Positions 24,109-37,879 of a DNA stretch of 64,000 nt are shown here, piece after piece. The stretch comes from Vicugna vicugna (Eukaryota), in assembly GCA_013265495.1 (NCBI GenBank), contig MU058198.1, positions 5,595,779-5,659,778 on the forward strand. Reading direction: 5' to 3'. A model generated the notes under the pieces. That model ran no database searches. It was not told where the DNA came from and saw only the letters and a program-made list of their open reading frames with translations. The translations under genes and the position numbers were made by a program. Positions within the stretch are counted from its first letter, which is position 1. Every line of letters starts with the position of its first letter.

Positions 24109-24575
24109 AAATGTCCCTCAGTGGTCTGATTTCTATTTCCTCCAAGCCTCGTGTCCCACCACCCCCAACAGTCAAACACACCTGCCAGCTGTACTAAACT
24201 ACCTGCATTCCCCAGAGGACCCTGTCATGCTCTCTCTTATTTCCATCCCTTTGTGTGTGTTCTTCCCTTTGCCTGGAATGCCCTACACGCTGAGGCCAGC
24301 CTAAGAATTCCTACCATCCTCTGAAAATGAGCTCACACACGAGACCAACTCATAACCCAGGATGAATTAGGGCCCCTGCCTTGATGTTCCTGCAACATTA
24401 ACATCATTGTCATATCATATACATTGCGATTGTTGACTTAGCCGTCTCCATCACTCTGTTACAAGTTTTTTTGAGTAAAAGAATAACATTCTTTTCATTC
24501 TTGCACCCCTAGTGTCCAGCACAGGGCCCAGCATCAAATGGACTCTTGGCAAATACTTGGTGAAGGTATAACTGA
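24109..24575 (+). mobile_element. L2 3' end (host of the L1 insertion; upstream part at ~23460-23516)
   Basis: CCCTTTGCCTGGAATGCCC and CCCCTAGTGTCCAGCACAGGGCCCAGCA...AAATACTTG. Confidence 0.75.
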
Positions 24576-24769
24576 GTAAAACAAACAACATCTTTGTGTG
24601 CACCCCAATGTCCTCATCTGTTAAGCTAGGAAATCAGAGTCTATGATAACAGCTCTGACATCCTATGACTCCAAGAACTTTCACTGGCTTGATAGAGCCA
24701 TTGGAAAGGGTTCAAAATAGATTTTTTATAAGCTCTGGTGAGTCAGGTGGGAGAGGAAGGGGAGAAAAC

Positions 24770-25210
24770 AGGGATACCTAGCTTATCTCTTTCAAACAGG
24801 ACCCTTAACAAAAAGGGGAGTTATAAACTCATGGAACATGAAAGTCCAAGACTTCCGGGCTGGTTTAAGGCAGAACTAAGTGCAGAGGCTCAAATGACGT
24901 GGCTAAGACACTAGTCTCTCCATCCCTTAAATTCTTAGTCAGGTTCTCTCTTTTCTAGGGCAAGATGGCAGCCTAAGCTCTAGCCTCATACCCTCCTTTG
25001 TGTACATCAGTGGGAGAGAGTGATCCACCTCCTCAGTAGCTCTTGTTGGCTCTGGCGCCCATCCCTGAATCAATCACTGAGACAATGGGACCGGCGTAGG
25101 TTTTGGTCATGTGATCCCCCCGAGACTTGGAGTGGAGAACCACCAAGCTGCCAGAGGAAGAGACTGCGGTATGGCTCCTCAAACAAAAATCAGAATCTGT
25201 TGGTGCAGGA
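24770..25210 (-). mobile_element. MLT1-type LTR fragment
   Basis: GGCTCAAATGACGT, GGCAAGATGGCAGCC and CCATCCCTGAATCAATCACTG antisense MLT1J/K motifs. Confidence 0.65.
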
Positions 25211-25819
25211 AGCGGACACCGTAGACCTCCAAGTCTCTACACCTTCACTCTGGTCCCTGAGCTCTACCAAGTCAGGAGATAGAAAATAGAAATGGCATCT
25301 CCATCAGCAGTTCTGGGATTAACCTTGCTGCTCTAAATCCACCCCCCAGGTTGAGGACAACTCCCACATACAGCGTGAGCTCCCAGAATCTTAGGCTTTT
25401 CTGATTGACACCTACGCCCTCCTCCAAATTTCCGTGGTGTTTAAATCCTGCTAGGAGTTTCAGGTCCACCTGCATGCTATCCCCATCTCACAGTGGCTTA
25501 CTCTGATCTCCCACGTCTGAATATCTGTCTGCCCAGAGTAGACCAATCACCCAGAATGATGGTACTGCCACCAGCTGATTTGGGTACCACTTTCTGGATT
25601 TACCCCAATGCCCAGCCCAGCTGACCTTTGGACATTGGTTATTGAGTGGTGGCTACCATCTGGAAGCCAATCAAAAGCAGACTTATTTGTCCTAAATAAG
25701 CCCCACTGATTCCTAGTGCCTCCTTCTCCTGACCAGCTGAGCCAGCAAGCTACAAGAATACATAGTAGCACACAATAGCTGCAGATCCAATGGGACATCC
25801 TCGCTTTCTCTTGGCAAGC

Positions 25820-26240
25820 AACCATTCATCCAACAACGTGTCTTGAGTGCCTCCTGTGTGCTAATGGCTGTGCTAAGGGCTGGAAATACAACGCTGAACA
25901 AGACTGACACTAACCCTGCTTCCCAAGAAGTTTTCAGGTTATAGTGAGAAGTGGATATTTACCAAACAATTATGCAAATGATTGTTTTAGTTCAACAGTG
26001 ACTAGTACTCTAAAAGATTTGAACAGGTTGTTATGAGAACATATAATTGGGTCTGGAAGATCTCTTGGAGGAAACTGTATTTAAGCTGGAAACATAATGT
26101 TGAGTAAGACTTAGCCAGGTGAAGCAAGGGAAGAGGGATGAGGCAAAAGAAACAGCACGTGCAAAGGCCCTGAGGCTGGAGAGAGATGACGGAGAATCAG
26201 CAGCCCTGTGAGCCAGGGGAAGAGGGCCAGACTGGGAGGT
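25820..26240 (-). mobile_element. L2 3' end
   Basis: CATTCATCCAACAAC...TGAGTGCCTCCTGTGTGC...AACAGCACGTGCAAAGGCCCTGAGG. Confidence 0.85.
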
Positions 26241-26689
26241 ATATTTAAGTCAGTGTCTTCCAGAGATGTGAAGTTTTAAAATTTCTACATCTCATTTCAT
26301 TAGAAACGGATAATCTCTGTAAAGCAGCCAAGACTGATTTTTTTTTCTTTTACCCTTTCTTCCCTATTCTCAGACAATTCAGATTTCAAACAGCCATTCC
26401 TCACACCGCCTCAGGGCACCTAACCTGAAGCATCCTGAAACTCTGCCAATTACAGCAGTCCACTTATTAATTCTTCCTCCGCCAGGGCTTCCCTAAGAAG
26501 CAGGCCTGGTGCCTAAGGGAACTGGAGGAGAAGCTGCCCCGTTACAGCACTGTCCAGGTGCTGCCCAGGCGCTGAGTTCACTGATGCCATCTTGCTGCTC
26601 CCCAAGTAGTTAATACTGCAATGTCTGAATGTCTCTCCCTTTTATGGGGGGAGGAAAAAAGGTTCTGTTAGAAAAAAAAACACCCTGCC

Positions 26690-27330
26690 ACTCAAAGCTC
26701 CTCCAAACATGCTGTCACAGGGGCTCTGTCCCTCTCTCTGCTGACGCTATCTGAACGCTGTCAACAGTCCCAGCCCGATGCCCCGCCCCGCCTGGCTGCC
26801 TCGGCGACCTCCATTATTTATGACGGGGCGTGAAATTGATTGCGGTTGAAAGATCCACACTGGAATCAAATGAACTCTTCAATTATTGCTGCACAAATAA
26901 ATCTGTTTCCAGAGTTCCCCTGGGGAGCAGGCATCTCACCCCAGGTTCATGGTAATAGATATTTCTAGATGGCAAAGTACAGGTGACTCTATTGTAATGA
27001 CTGTCAAGCTATAAGATTCCCAGGGTCGAGTGACTCTTTCTCCCGCCCTCCGCCCCCAACTCCTTTAGCAATTCCAAAGGAAGCACATGCCGACAGCCCT
27101 CCCATTGTGTGCCGATGCGGCCTTTCCCCGGCTGCTGGGTACATGACAGATATCTCCATGCTGCGGGCTGTGGTCATTCTCAATCCTTTTTTGCAGGAAA
27201 TATGCAGTGAGTGTTAATGGGGTTACAGGAGGATTAATAGAGCTTTCAGGGTGTGCAGGCTTGGCTGGTATTTCTTCCATGGAAAGCCATCAGCTCAGGA
27301 AAAGTTAATGATGAGACTTAACCCGTTAAG
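26690..27330. promoter_or_regulatory. Candidate distal enhancer
   Basis: No recognisable repeat; retains CpGs; GC boxes (26781-26792), TTTATGAC (26817-26824), EBF-type TCCCCTGGGGA (26916-26926), several TGTCA/TGACA sites. Confidence 0.45.
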
Positions 27331-29550
27331 ACAACAGACAGACAACCTCCACCCATCTTGGGCTTAATCTTATTTTCCTTCCTCATGATACAAAGCCTTT
27401 CTGGAGAAGGAGGAGAGGCAGAGGGCTCAAGGATGCTGAAGGCTAGCCCCATGCCAGGTGTTGAGCGGGTTACAATCACAAACATCCAGTACCAAAGACC
27501 TGCCACCCTGGGCCACGTTTGGCCCACAGATGCGTTCTGTTTGGTACAATCACTGTTACTGGAAAATAAGAATTGATAAATTTCACATACAAATCTGGAT
27601 TTCCTTGAAATAACAGATTTGACTACATCACACCTGCATTTCCTCATGGCCCTAGCAGGCAGGAACTGAGGAGTGCTGCCCCCTTTAGGTAGCAAAGGGA
27701 AAGTACCTTCTAATAATGCCTTTTAGTCCCTGCCCGGCCCAATTCATTGATTTATCTGTCTGGACCCCCTACGCATCTGAATGTGCAGACTCTGATATTT
27801 CGCATGTCATCAAGTTGTCACCACTTGCAAGATCTCTCCTCAGTATCTATGATCACATGTTGTCCCAACACAAGATAGAAAAGACGGAGATGAATGTGTG
27901 ACAACGTCTGGCTTTATGGGACCAGGACAAGCAATGCCCCAGGCCTAGCTTTAAAAAAGTAAAATAAAATAAAATAAATCTTTATTTTTTATTCCCATTG
28001 CAACATGTTATAATCCTACCCCAATTTCAGCCTCATGTGTCACCCTAGTGGCCCCCATTTTCTGGGCTGGTTTTGAACTGCTGAGATAGAAAGACCAGGA
28101 GAAGAAAGTCACTGGATAGTGAGACTTGGGGCACAGGCACCCCTGCTGTGGGGCCCAGGGGACTACGCATGTTATCTGGGGAGACGGAAGGATCAGGCTG
28201 TCATGATCGCCCCCAACCATCGATTCAGAGGTGCCATCCTCACTGCTCACCAGAAATCTTACCACTTTATTGTGGAATCTTGGCATTTTGTCATTTTGTG
28301 CCATGCGGTCCCTTATACCCAAGCAGGAAACTGTCAAGTTTCCAGTTGTCTCCAGGTAATCTTAATGTCTTGTTACTGCAGGTTTCACTTGCATCCTTTC
28401 CTGTGTTCATCATCAAGAGATTCAACAAACAACCACATTGCACAAGTCCATGTGGTTTCATTGTTGCCTTTATGTCATGCCAGTCATCAGTTTCAGGTGC
28501 AAGAACATGACACAGTTAGGTCCACTGACATTTCGGAAATAAATCCTCCATGAGGCCATGGATAGGATTCATGTGTAAAATTTAAATTGGCTAACATGGA
28601 GTAGAAAAAGCCATAATTGCCTATCACTTATCTAGCTGCTTTTTTTCTTCAACATGCTGCAATCATTTTGCTCTTAAAGCCTCTCTGGACTGTGTGCTTT
28701 CAAGCAAGACCAGCCGTCGTGGCTGCGCCTTGGTTGGACCGGGCCATGCGCAAGGCAGTGGCTGTCACACGTGGGCTGGGCAGGTGTCTGGGAAAGAATT
28801 CTGTCCAGGGGCACTTCATGATACATGATGGCATCCTGAGCCAATCAGATCTCTCTTCTGAGCAGGTTAATGCTAAAGGAGCAAAGAGGAATCATATCAC
28901 TAGACCCCAAATTATCCCTTTGAGTGGCACAGACCTCTTCTGCCTCTTCTAGACAAAGCCTGTTACGCAGCTCGCCACACGCCAGCTGGCCTCCCAGAGA
29001 ATGGTGCAGCCCCGGGAATGAGATCCCTCTCATGCTGCTTTTCCCCTAACCAGCCTGTACGTGCCAGTTAGGCCGCCCAGAGAACATAACTCTTGGTGCT
29101 CTGAGTTCTTATCTGTTTGTCTAGACATGAGTTTGGTCTTTCCCCTGATTTCCTCCTCTCAAAATACCCCTTAAAATTACCAAAGATTCTGACACCTGAA
29201 GGAATAGGATAAGCCCTGGCACCCAGATTCTGCAATCTCTGGCCCTGGGACAGCCCAAGGAGGCTCTCTCCTGCCTTCGTGGTGGAGAAGGACACCGCCA
29301 TCGCTCACCAGTGATGCCATTACCAAGACCTCACAATCAAAGCCCCAGCAGCCACTTCACCCATGGAGGCTTCCAACCAATCTCCTGGAACATATGACTT
29401 TTGTGCAACTTACGATGAAGTCAACCTAGTGAAGGTGGATGTAAAAGCTGAGGGGAGCCCACTCTCTACCATCAAACCTAGCCAGGGGTCTTACACAAAT
29501 TGTCCAAATTGAGAGCATCCAGGTCAGCTGTAAACAGAGTGATTCTTTCA

Positions 29551-29574
29551 CCACACACACACACACACACACAC
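29551..29574 (+). repeat. (CA)n microsatellite
   Basis: Seen directly. Confidence 0.95.
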
Positions 29575-30099
29575 TTTCCCAAGAAGGGACCGTGACTAGC
29601 AGCAACATCTAGGTAAAGATGGCCACTAGCCACCCGGTGTTGCAGGAACAATCAGGCCCTTCTGAAAGTTTGCTCCCATTATTTAGTGAGCTGTCGGCCC
29701 AGCAGTGGTGCCAGGTTCAAGCCTGTTTATGTTCTCCTATTTTCTGGATGGAAGTCACCTGCCCAGCATCCCTCCAGGTAGTCTGCTGGCCAAGGCCAGC
29801 CTTCTCCATCCCAATACTACCCGCCTCAGACCCTATTCTGAGCACTACAGGGTGGTCACCCTGAGCCCTCAGGGCCCCAGAGCTACGCTGCAGGGAGAGT
29901 GGAAGAGAATGACCCTCTGCCTAACTCTTGCTCTCAGTCACCTATATTGTCAAGAAGCCCTGGCTGCGCCCACAGCATCGCAATGTTATACATGAACATA
30001 GCTTTCCCGGGGGTCCACCTTGCAGAGAGAGCGAGAGAGAGGCAGAGCCAATAGGGTATGTTTCCCTGGAGAACCCGGACTAACACAGTCTGGCTAGAA

Positions 30100-30400
30100 T
30101 GACAAGGTGCAGGTGGGCAGGAGCAGAGCTGCCTGAAGGGCGTGGAGGGGAGACCCCGCAGGGGCCGTGCGCGAAGGGCTTTGTGTAGCATCCTACACAA
30201 CCCAGCTCTTACCTCGAGGGCAAGGGGAGCTGTTGCGGGGGTTTGAGCAGGGCCATGACCTGGTCAGGTGTACGTCTTAGAAAGATCACTCGGTCTGTGG
30301 TGCGAAGAAACTGGAAGGAGGGAGGCTGGAGGCAGGGAAGGCAGGCAGCATGCTGGGTTGACTTCCAGGCAGAGGTGAGAAGGACTGATTAACGAGGAGC
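30100..30400 (-). mobile_element. L2 fragment
   Basis: TTTGAGCAGGGCCATGACCTGGTCAG...TTAGAAAGATCACTC. Confidence 0.75.
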
Positions 30401-30684
30401 TGGAGCTGCTGACTGGCTTTCAGGCCTTAGCAATATTTCTCGGGTTCTGGCAGCTTTGAATCTTGAAGAAATATTCCCTTGTAAATCTTCTTCCATGGTC
30501 AGGAATCCTGGGGAAGGGGCTAGGGCACACTTAAAAGCAGAGGTTCAGAATCCTTGACTACACGTATATCGATACCTGCTTCACAGATGTGGAAACTGAG
30601 GCACAGACTGATAAAGTGACCTGCCGGAGATCATCCAGTGGGTGGGTTGAGGGATCAGGAGAAGTAACGCCTGGTGATCAGCTA

Positions 30685-30997
30685 CTCAGCCACGTGACTG
30701 CCTTTGTCCAGTGAAACGTGAGCAGAAGTGACTTGCAACTTCCAGGCAGAAGCCTTAAGACCCAGTGTGAAATCCGCTGTGTTCCCACCCCCCTGCTCTG
30801 GTGACTGGCAACAGGCCAGGTGCAGAATCTCCATCAGTCAGCCTGGATGCCAGCGTGCAAAGGGCAGGAGCCCAGCCCCAGCTCCACCCGGGATGGACAC
30901 GTTGTATGAGCAAGAAATTAGCCCTTGTCGCCTTAAGCCACTGAGAGTCTGGGGTGGCTCATGACTGCAGCACCACTTAGACTGTCCTGATGGCTAC
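30685..30997 (+). mobile_element. MLT1 (ERVL-MaLR) LTR fragment
   Basis: GTGAGCAGAAGTGAC...TTCCAGGCAGAAGCCTTAAGA and TTAAGCCACTGAGAGTCTGGGG. Confidence 0.8.
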
Positions 30998-31646
30998 GGG
31001 GGATGTGGTGAGACAAATACGAGATGGCCCTGCCCTCAAGGGAATCACAGTCCAGTGGATAGCAAAATCAGTCCACAAATATCAGTAACCCCGACCTGAT
31101 TTCAGAGGCTCTGTCTCCATCACGATGCTCTCCTGCTACACAAAGGTGCTCACTCCTATGACACACACGGCCCCAGAACCGGCTGGAGGGGACATGAGTA
31201 CGTGCGTGTACTTCTCTGAAGGAAAGAACAAGCTCTCCCCCAAATGTTGTCTCCTGAAAGGCCTGCCGTGGGGATGTGTGGTCCATCTGGAAAATTCATG
31301 ATTCTCCAGCCCAGCGAGTGGCCCGATTCATCCTTGAGTCAGGAATCGCCCTGTGGGCAGCTGTGTAAACTCCGAGGGAAATGGGATATCGATTTGCAAT
31401 CTCTTAGATACACACACACACAGCCTCCTTCAAAGCAGTGGCTCCCGACCTCTGTGTCGCCAACCCCTTCTTATTCTTTTTCTCCTTCAGACTCATGTTT
31501 GGAAAGACATTTTCTCCAGAACAATTGGTATCTATTAAGTAATAGCTCCTTTCTTCCAGGCAGGTAATATCTTCTTTTTTTCAATGTCATTGCAGGTTTT
31601 AACCCACAATCCTTAGTCACCAGTTCATCTTTATCTCTCTCTGTGC

Positions 31647-31765
31647 CAGTGATTCACAAACTTGAGCCCTGGGTCCCAGCCCCAGAGATCCTGACACAGC
31701 CTGCCTGAGCCGGTGCCTGGGCATCTGCATTTCAGCAAAACCACCCAGGTCACTCTGGTGCTGGA
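31647..31765. mobile_element. MER5-like hAT-Charlie fragment
   Basis: CAGTGATTCACAAAC, CCCAGAGATCCTGA and GGGCATCTGCATTTCAGCAAAACCACCCAGGT. Confidence 0.7.
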
Positions 31766-33269
31766 AGTCGGTGCGACAGATGGAAGAAACGCTGATTCTA
31801 ATGCTCCGTCAGAGAGGCCCTGGACCCTCCCAACTCCAGGAACTGCTGATGATCTGAAAACGTCCCCCAACTCTCCTCAGCCCCTCTGCCGAGATCACGT
31901 CTGGCTCCCCCTCAACTCTCCATGTCACCACCAGCCAGGCTCCTAACTGGTCTCCCTGTCTTTAGTTCCCCACCCCAGTCCCATTCCACACCACATCCCA
32001 CGTCCGGCATGGCGACCCAGCTGCACAGCCTCCCTGAGAACCCTCTGCTTTCAATAAGCCTTTATTGGGCACTTGCTGAATGCTAGGCAGGCACTACTCT
32101 GAGCACTTTACATCTGATACTCTATTTAATCTTCACAAAATCCTGGTGACATAGGTCTCCTTTTAGTCCCATCTTACAGGAACAGTAACTAAGAAGCAGG
32201 CAGTTGATGTAATGGGGTCCCAGGCAAGAGGAGGCCTTGAGCCTACAATTTACAGTCCTTCTTTTTCCATATTGCTTCTATCCCATCCATCGAGAGGCTT
32301 CATCACACATGTGTGTGGACACCCCCGCCTGCACAGCAAAACTTCATCCATGTGCCGCAGCGTGGGCATGGCTCAAAGTGGGAATGTTCACACCAGTAGC
32401 AGGGTGCACCCTCAGACGGATGGACTCAGCTAAGAGGTTCATGCAACCCCTTAAAGTAGGTTCAGGGATCTTTGAACAGGAATCATAAGGTTGCATGGTC
32501 TAGAACAAGGGAAAGTGTGTTCTGGGCAGGCATGTCCCCTCAACCCCCTACCTCCTCACCGCACAGAGGGCATGGCCAGAGAACCAGAGCGAGTCCTCTA
32601 CAGTCCTCTTTGCCAGGACCGAAGGCACTACTGCGAAGGTGCTGCAGCAGTGGGCGAGGATCAAAGTATAGCTGGACTTCAAAGCCCACAACCTCAATTC
32701 ACACTTCCCTCCGCTCCCTCCACGTTCAGACTTCTCAGCATGGAGCCTGCCATCTAGTCCTGGCTGCCCTGGGCAGCTTCCTGCCTGGATCCTCCCTTCT
32801 CCACGCACAGAGCCCCCCTCACCCTGTTTCTGACTCAAGCTCTGATTTGAAAATTCTGAGCCATGGCGTGCTGTCTCTTCTCTCTCTGGCTTAGGAGCTC
32901 TGTTTCATGTTATCTGAAATGGGCTTCTCTTTCTTTTTCACCTGGACAACTTCTAATTACTTAAATTTCAGATCAAATGTCCAGAGCAGAGTTTTTCGTC
33001 CCACTCTTACGGTCATCACCTGAAACCCACATTACAATGGCGTGCGGACGGACCTGAACATCTCTACCACCTCAGAACCCAGCACAGGGTCTGGAACATT
33101 CAGTGCCAAATAAATGTTTCTGACAACAATCACACCAAACCTGTTGACAAATCACTCTCAGCTGTTTCCAAAATACAAATAATTTTTAAAGAGATAAAAA
33201 CCTATCTTGTGAAAAAAAATTTTTAACCTATCTTGTATGGGAAATTCAAAGTGTGTCTGTCTTAACTAG

Positions 33270-33660
33270 AAAAAGAGGTTCATCGTTAGCAAAATAATTG
33301 GAAATAACCCAAATGATCATCAAGAAGGCAATTGGTTAATCAAATTAAGGACACAAGGTATAATGGAATGCTATGCAGATGTTAAAAAGAATGGAGACCA
33401 TTTACTTTGACATGAAAATGTTCAATGAAAGCAGCAGATGACAGGTCAGAAGATAATGATCATATTTAAATTTATATACTTAAAATGTGTATTAAATATA
33501 GGTGTACTCATTTAAAAATGCTTGACAGTACATATACCACAATATTAAGTATCATTCCCCTTAGCATGCAGGATTGGGAGATTCATTAATGTCTTGCATT
33601 AATGAATTGTTGGATTATTTGTATTTAGAGTATTTATTTTATTCTTATAAAAATCCAAAG
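33270..33660 (+). mobile_element. Old L1ME-like 3' end
   Basis: AATTGGAAATAACCCAAATG and AATGGAATGCTATGCAGATGTTAAAAAGAATG. Confidence 0.75.
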
Positions 33661-34049
33661 TGGCACAAAGTTGGAAACCTCCTGGTGGTATCATCTTTGG
33701 TGGAAGTTGCAGGCAGCCTTCCAGAGGGTATGCTTCGAAAGGGCCACCCCTAGTCTGCATGCATCCGCCCTGGGGTGTCTGCCAGAGCCCCAGCCTTGCA
33801 GCCTGCTCTCTCCAAAGGGCCAAGTGAGAAAGGAGAGTCACTGCCTCCCACACCTCCCCTTACTATCTTGAGAAAAAGTCACGAGCCTGCATCCGTCCCT
33901 GCTTCTATTCCCTGCCAGAGGATGTACTCCTAAAAGGTAGATCTCCAGTCTCAGAAGCAATGCCAGCCTTGCGGGAGGAAGGAACTCCAGTCAGCAGTGG
34001 GCTTCAGGACCATGGAGGAGGAGGAGGACCAAAAACGTCACTTCCTTAG

Positions 34050-34255
34050 AAGGAAGCAATGACTTATTAAATATCTGATTTGTGTCTAATCCTCTTAAAT
34101 ACAACATCACACCTGATCCCCCTGACAACCCTCTGACTGGATACTAACATCTCCATTTCACAGATGAGGAAACTGAGGTTCAGGAAGGTTAAGCAATTTG
34201 CTGAAGGCCATTTGGCTAGGATGAAAGAAAGCAGATGTTGAAACCTAGTCACTCA
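34050..34255 (-). mobile_element. MIR SINE
   Basis: CCATTTCACAGATGAGGAAACTGAGGTTCAGGAAGGTTAAGCAATTTGC. Confidence 0.9.
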
Positions 34256-35479
34256 ACAAATATTTGTTGAAGTCCTTCAACATGCCAGGGACAGAGTTTA
34301 TAGGAATAACAAAAAGACAAGGTCCCTGACCGCAGAGAATTCACATTCGGCTAGCTCCAAAGCTGAACTGTATTGCTATAGCACCACCTGGTTAGAGTTT
34401 ATGTTGTCTAAGGACAAATCCTTGGAGATCTACTTCCCCTGTGTTGAGAGAGGCGTTTCCATTTCTCACCTCTGAAACAGTCCCAGGTAGGACTGTACAG
34501 TGTCTTATATACATCAGGACAGAAAACATAGCCTTCCAAGGCAAAGGCTCTTGGAAAGTTGAGGATAAATTCCTGGCAAATATGAAGAGAAAGTCACATT
34601 GTCAACGAGGTTTCATACATGGTGGTGCTCAGAAAATAAAATCCCACAGACTCCAGAAGGACGCCCCACGGGAGCTGTCCATGGTGACACGCTGCTACGC
34701 TTGACCTCTGGGTGGCTCTGACATCCTGGCTGTTTCTGCCTTCATCCTTCCCCTGCTCATCTCCTCCCCTTGACTTAAATAATGTCCTGATGGGTCACGA
34801 ACAATCTGTCAGGCTACACCCCAGACTGCCTGCCCCAGAGCCATAGTGCAGAGTTTCACCCAGGCCTCTCTGCACCCCTGCCTATCCCACTTTCCTTGGG
34901 TGAGCACTAAATTAGAAAGTCACTGTTGACTCCCTTGAAGTTTTGAGCAATGTATCTGCAGCTTTCCCTGCAGAGTAAAAAGAAAAAACTAAGTAAGTTT
35001 AGGGGGAAAAAAAGGAGACTGAGTATGATTTTCAGGCCTGGGAAATGGAAGCTTAAGGGGAAGCTCCAGTCTTGTAGGGAGTAGGGTGGGAACCTGGGCT
35101 GGTCATCTATCCTCATCTCCCATCATCCTTGTCACCCTCCTCTGGACGTGCTTTGTGTTGTTCTTGTCCCTCTTAAAGTGAGAAACCCAAAGCAAAAAGT
35201 AGAATGTAAGCCTGGTGTAGTTCAAACTCTTAAAACTGTAATTTGTAAGAAATGCACTTTTCATCACAAGCCAACACACACATATGTGTCTAGATGTGTG
35301 CACATACAGACCCACAACATGCACTCCTGGAACAAAAGTTTTGCAGAGCAATTCTTTACTACTTGCCATGAACTCTGTTTTTTTTTTCTGATATCTAACC
35401 ATGACTTGTGAACGTGATTTCCTGACTCACAGTGGACCACTGCCCTCAGACTGAAAAACATTTTGTCTGGGGTAAGGAC

Positions 35480-35685
35480 GTTAACTTACTCATCGTTGGG
35501 AGCTGAGTAAGGGACTTACGTAAGCCCCCATTCCCTCATATGTAGAGTTTAAAAAATACAGCTTGGGGATCCACGTGCTGTTGTGAGAGTTAAAGGTGCT
35601 AATGTACATGGAACACTTAGCACACACAAGGCCTGGAATGACACACAGTCAATCAATATAAGTTCTCTGTCACTGTCATTTTATT
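35480..35685 (+). mobile_element. MIR SINE
   Basis: GCTGTTGTGAGAGTTAAA...TAATGTACATGGAACACTTAGCACA. Confidence 0.7.
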
Positions 35686-36699
35686 CCCTAGCTATAATCT
35701 CACCAGTCTAGAGCAGAGTGAGACCACGTACCCCCTACTGCTCTTAAAGCCAGTGAGGATCGTATTTACATTCTTACAAGCACAGTGACATCATCATTAT
35801 CGGCCGATATTGACCTTGCCCTCAGTCAGAATCTCTTAAATCCTTTTTAAGCATGCTTCGTTCTTTCTCCAGCCCTCTCGCAGTCAGCAGGTGACTCGCC
35901 GATGTTTTGAACTTAAACGGGTGCCCTTACGTTTATACCAGCCATATCTCATCTCGATGGTTTTAGCGCCACGTTCTATTTTGAAACACAGGCTGGTCCC
36001 CTAGGCAGCAGAAGCCCTCAGCGTACACTTTGGGAATTATACAAGGGAACCTGGACTCTCTCCTCACCCAGAAAACCCAACAATCATAACTCCTCTCTTT
36101 CAGCAAGCAAATGACTTGTAGTTTGTCACACACTGACAATTTTATAAAAGAGGGAAGAGAACTCATTTCCCCTGTTTTACAGATGAAAAAACTGCCTCAT
36201 GTAGCATGGTTAGAACATCTGTAAAAAAAAAAAAAAAGAGACCCTGCTAATTAGTGGCAGAACTTAGATGGATATCTATGTCTCCTGAATAATAAATTGT
36301 TGTTCTCTTCACTACCCCGGACCTCTGCACAGACGGCATCTGACGTCAAGTCTAGGAGAGGCAGTAGTGAGTATGTGAGTGACTTACAAATGGCTTGGAA
36401 TCTCTGACTATATTCCAAAACCAAATAGGCGTGGTTCCTGGCTTGTCCAAGAACATCTACACATCTGGGCCAGAATCCATACAACACATCTGCCTGCACT
36501 CATCAGTCACCTTTCTTTGCCTCCCCTAAGGGTTCTACTATCCCTTTGCCCATTGTCAGTGCAGGCAACTGGTCCCTAGCCTTCCAATCAACACTGCTTA
36601 ACACCTTTGACCCCCAAAGAAGAGAAAGGGAAAAAAAAACATTTAAAGTTCAAAATATCTGACACCAACCATTCGGAAAGGTGACACACCACCATAATT

Positions 36700-37290
36700 G
36701 TTAGCAGCGTGAGCTTTAGAACAAATGCTAGATTGGACTCCTGGTTCTTGTACCTGTTCATCTGTGTGACTCTGGGCTAGTTACTAACCTCTCTGAGCCT
36801 TCACAGCCACATCTATAAGTAAGAAATAATAGTACTATGTCAGAGGGCTGTTGAGAGGATTCGATGATATAAAATATATCAGACACTCGTCTTAGGCTGA
36901 GCTCCCCAGAAACAGAGCCTGAGATGAGGAGAGCTCTCCAGAGAAGGGGCGTGAGGGAAGCAGCATTGGATGAGGAAGAAAAAGCAGCAAGGATGAAGGA
37001 TGTGGTCTCGGCCCAAAGCTTCCTTCAGCCTGATCCCGCAGGGAGCAGGGAGCTCTGGAGCACAGAGCCAGTCCCAAATCAAGGCAAGGTGGCCGACCTG
37101 GGTTAGTTAGTAACTGCTGCTGGCCAGGGCAGGAGCGGTGGCTGCTACTCAGCCAAGGGGACAGCTGTTAGCAGCTGGACGGTGGATGTGCAGTGTACAC
37201 GTTCTACAAGGCACCAACAGCATCCCCCACAAAACAGAGCCTGGCAAATCTAAGTGTTCGTGTGATGGTAGTTATCATTATTATTTTAAA
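36700..37290 (+). mobile_element. MIR SINE split by an LTR insertion
   Basis: TGTGTGACTCTGGGCTAGTTACTAACCTCTCTGAGCCT at 36763-36800; the MIR 3' end resumes near 37235 (ACAGAGCCTGGCA...TATCATTATTATT). Confidence 0.78.
36888..37225 (-). mobile_element. LTR16/LTR33-like ERVL LTR inside the MIR
   Basis: Antisense LTR end GTCTTAGGCTGAGCTCCCCAGAAACAGAGCCTGAGATGA. Confidence 0.65.
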
Positions 37291-37879
37291 TTGTCCTCAC
37301 AAGTTTCAGGCTGAGCCAGTTTCACGTTTTATAGCAGAAACCATTACACATCTTAGGCATCTGTTTTGGGCTCTAAGACCTGAAGCAGTAAAGACCCGGT
37401 CTGCGGTGATAACCTAATGGCAGGAAGAAAATTTCCCTTCTCTGATCTGGAAACCAAATGCCCTGAATTGCCCAACATCAGAAACTTCAGAAAACCTTAA
37501 CAGGATGTTTTGACATATATAGTTCAGGCTTCAGACAACTGCTTCCCAGTGGAAACAGGAACTATGTAAAGAAAAAGGCAAGGTTTAGAGAGTCGAAATG
37601 ACAGGATAGATCAATTTGAAAAGCTTAACGTGCAAAGCTCTGTATGCAGAATGATTGTGCCAAGATGACAGTTTTTCAAAGATTTTCTTTGCCCTTTATA
37701 GGGTCACAGGAAACAGGGGTATTTTCCCAGAGTCATTAGGAAAATAGCCTTGTGTCATCTTCAACTATCATATCTGGGGTCCAGACTTTGGAAAACAAAG
37801 AGCTGCAAATATAGGGCTAGCCACAGGCAGGCAAGAAGAGAGACCCCAGCTGTATGCTCCCCACTGTCTCCTGTCTGTT

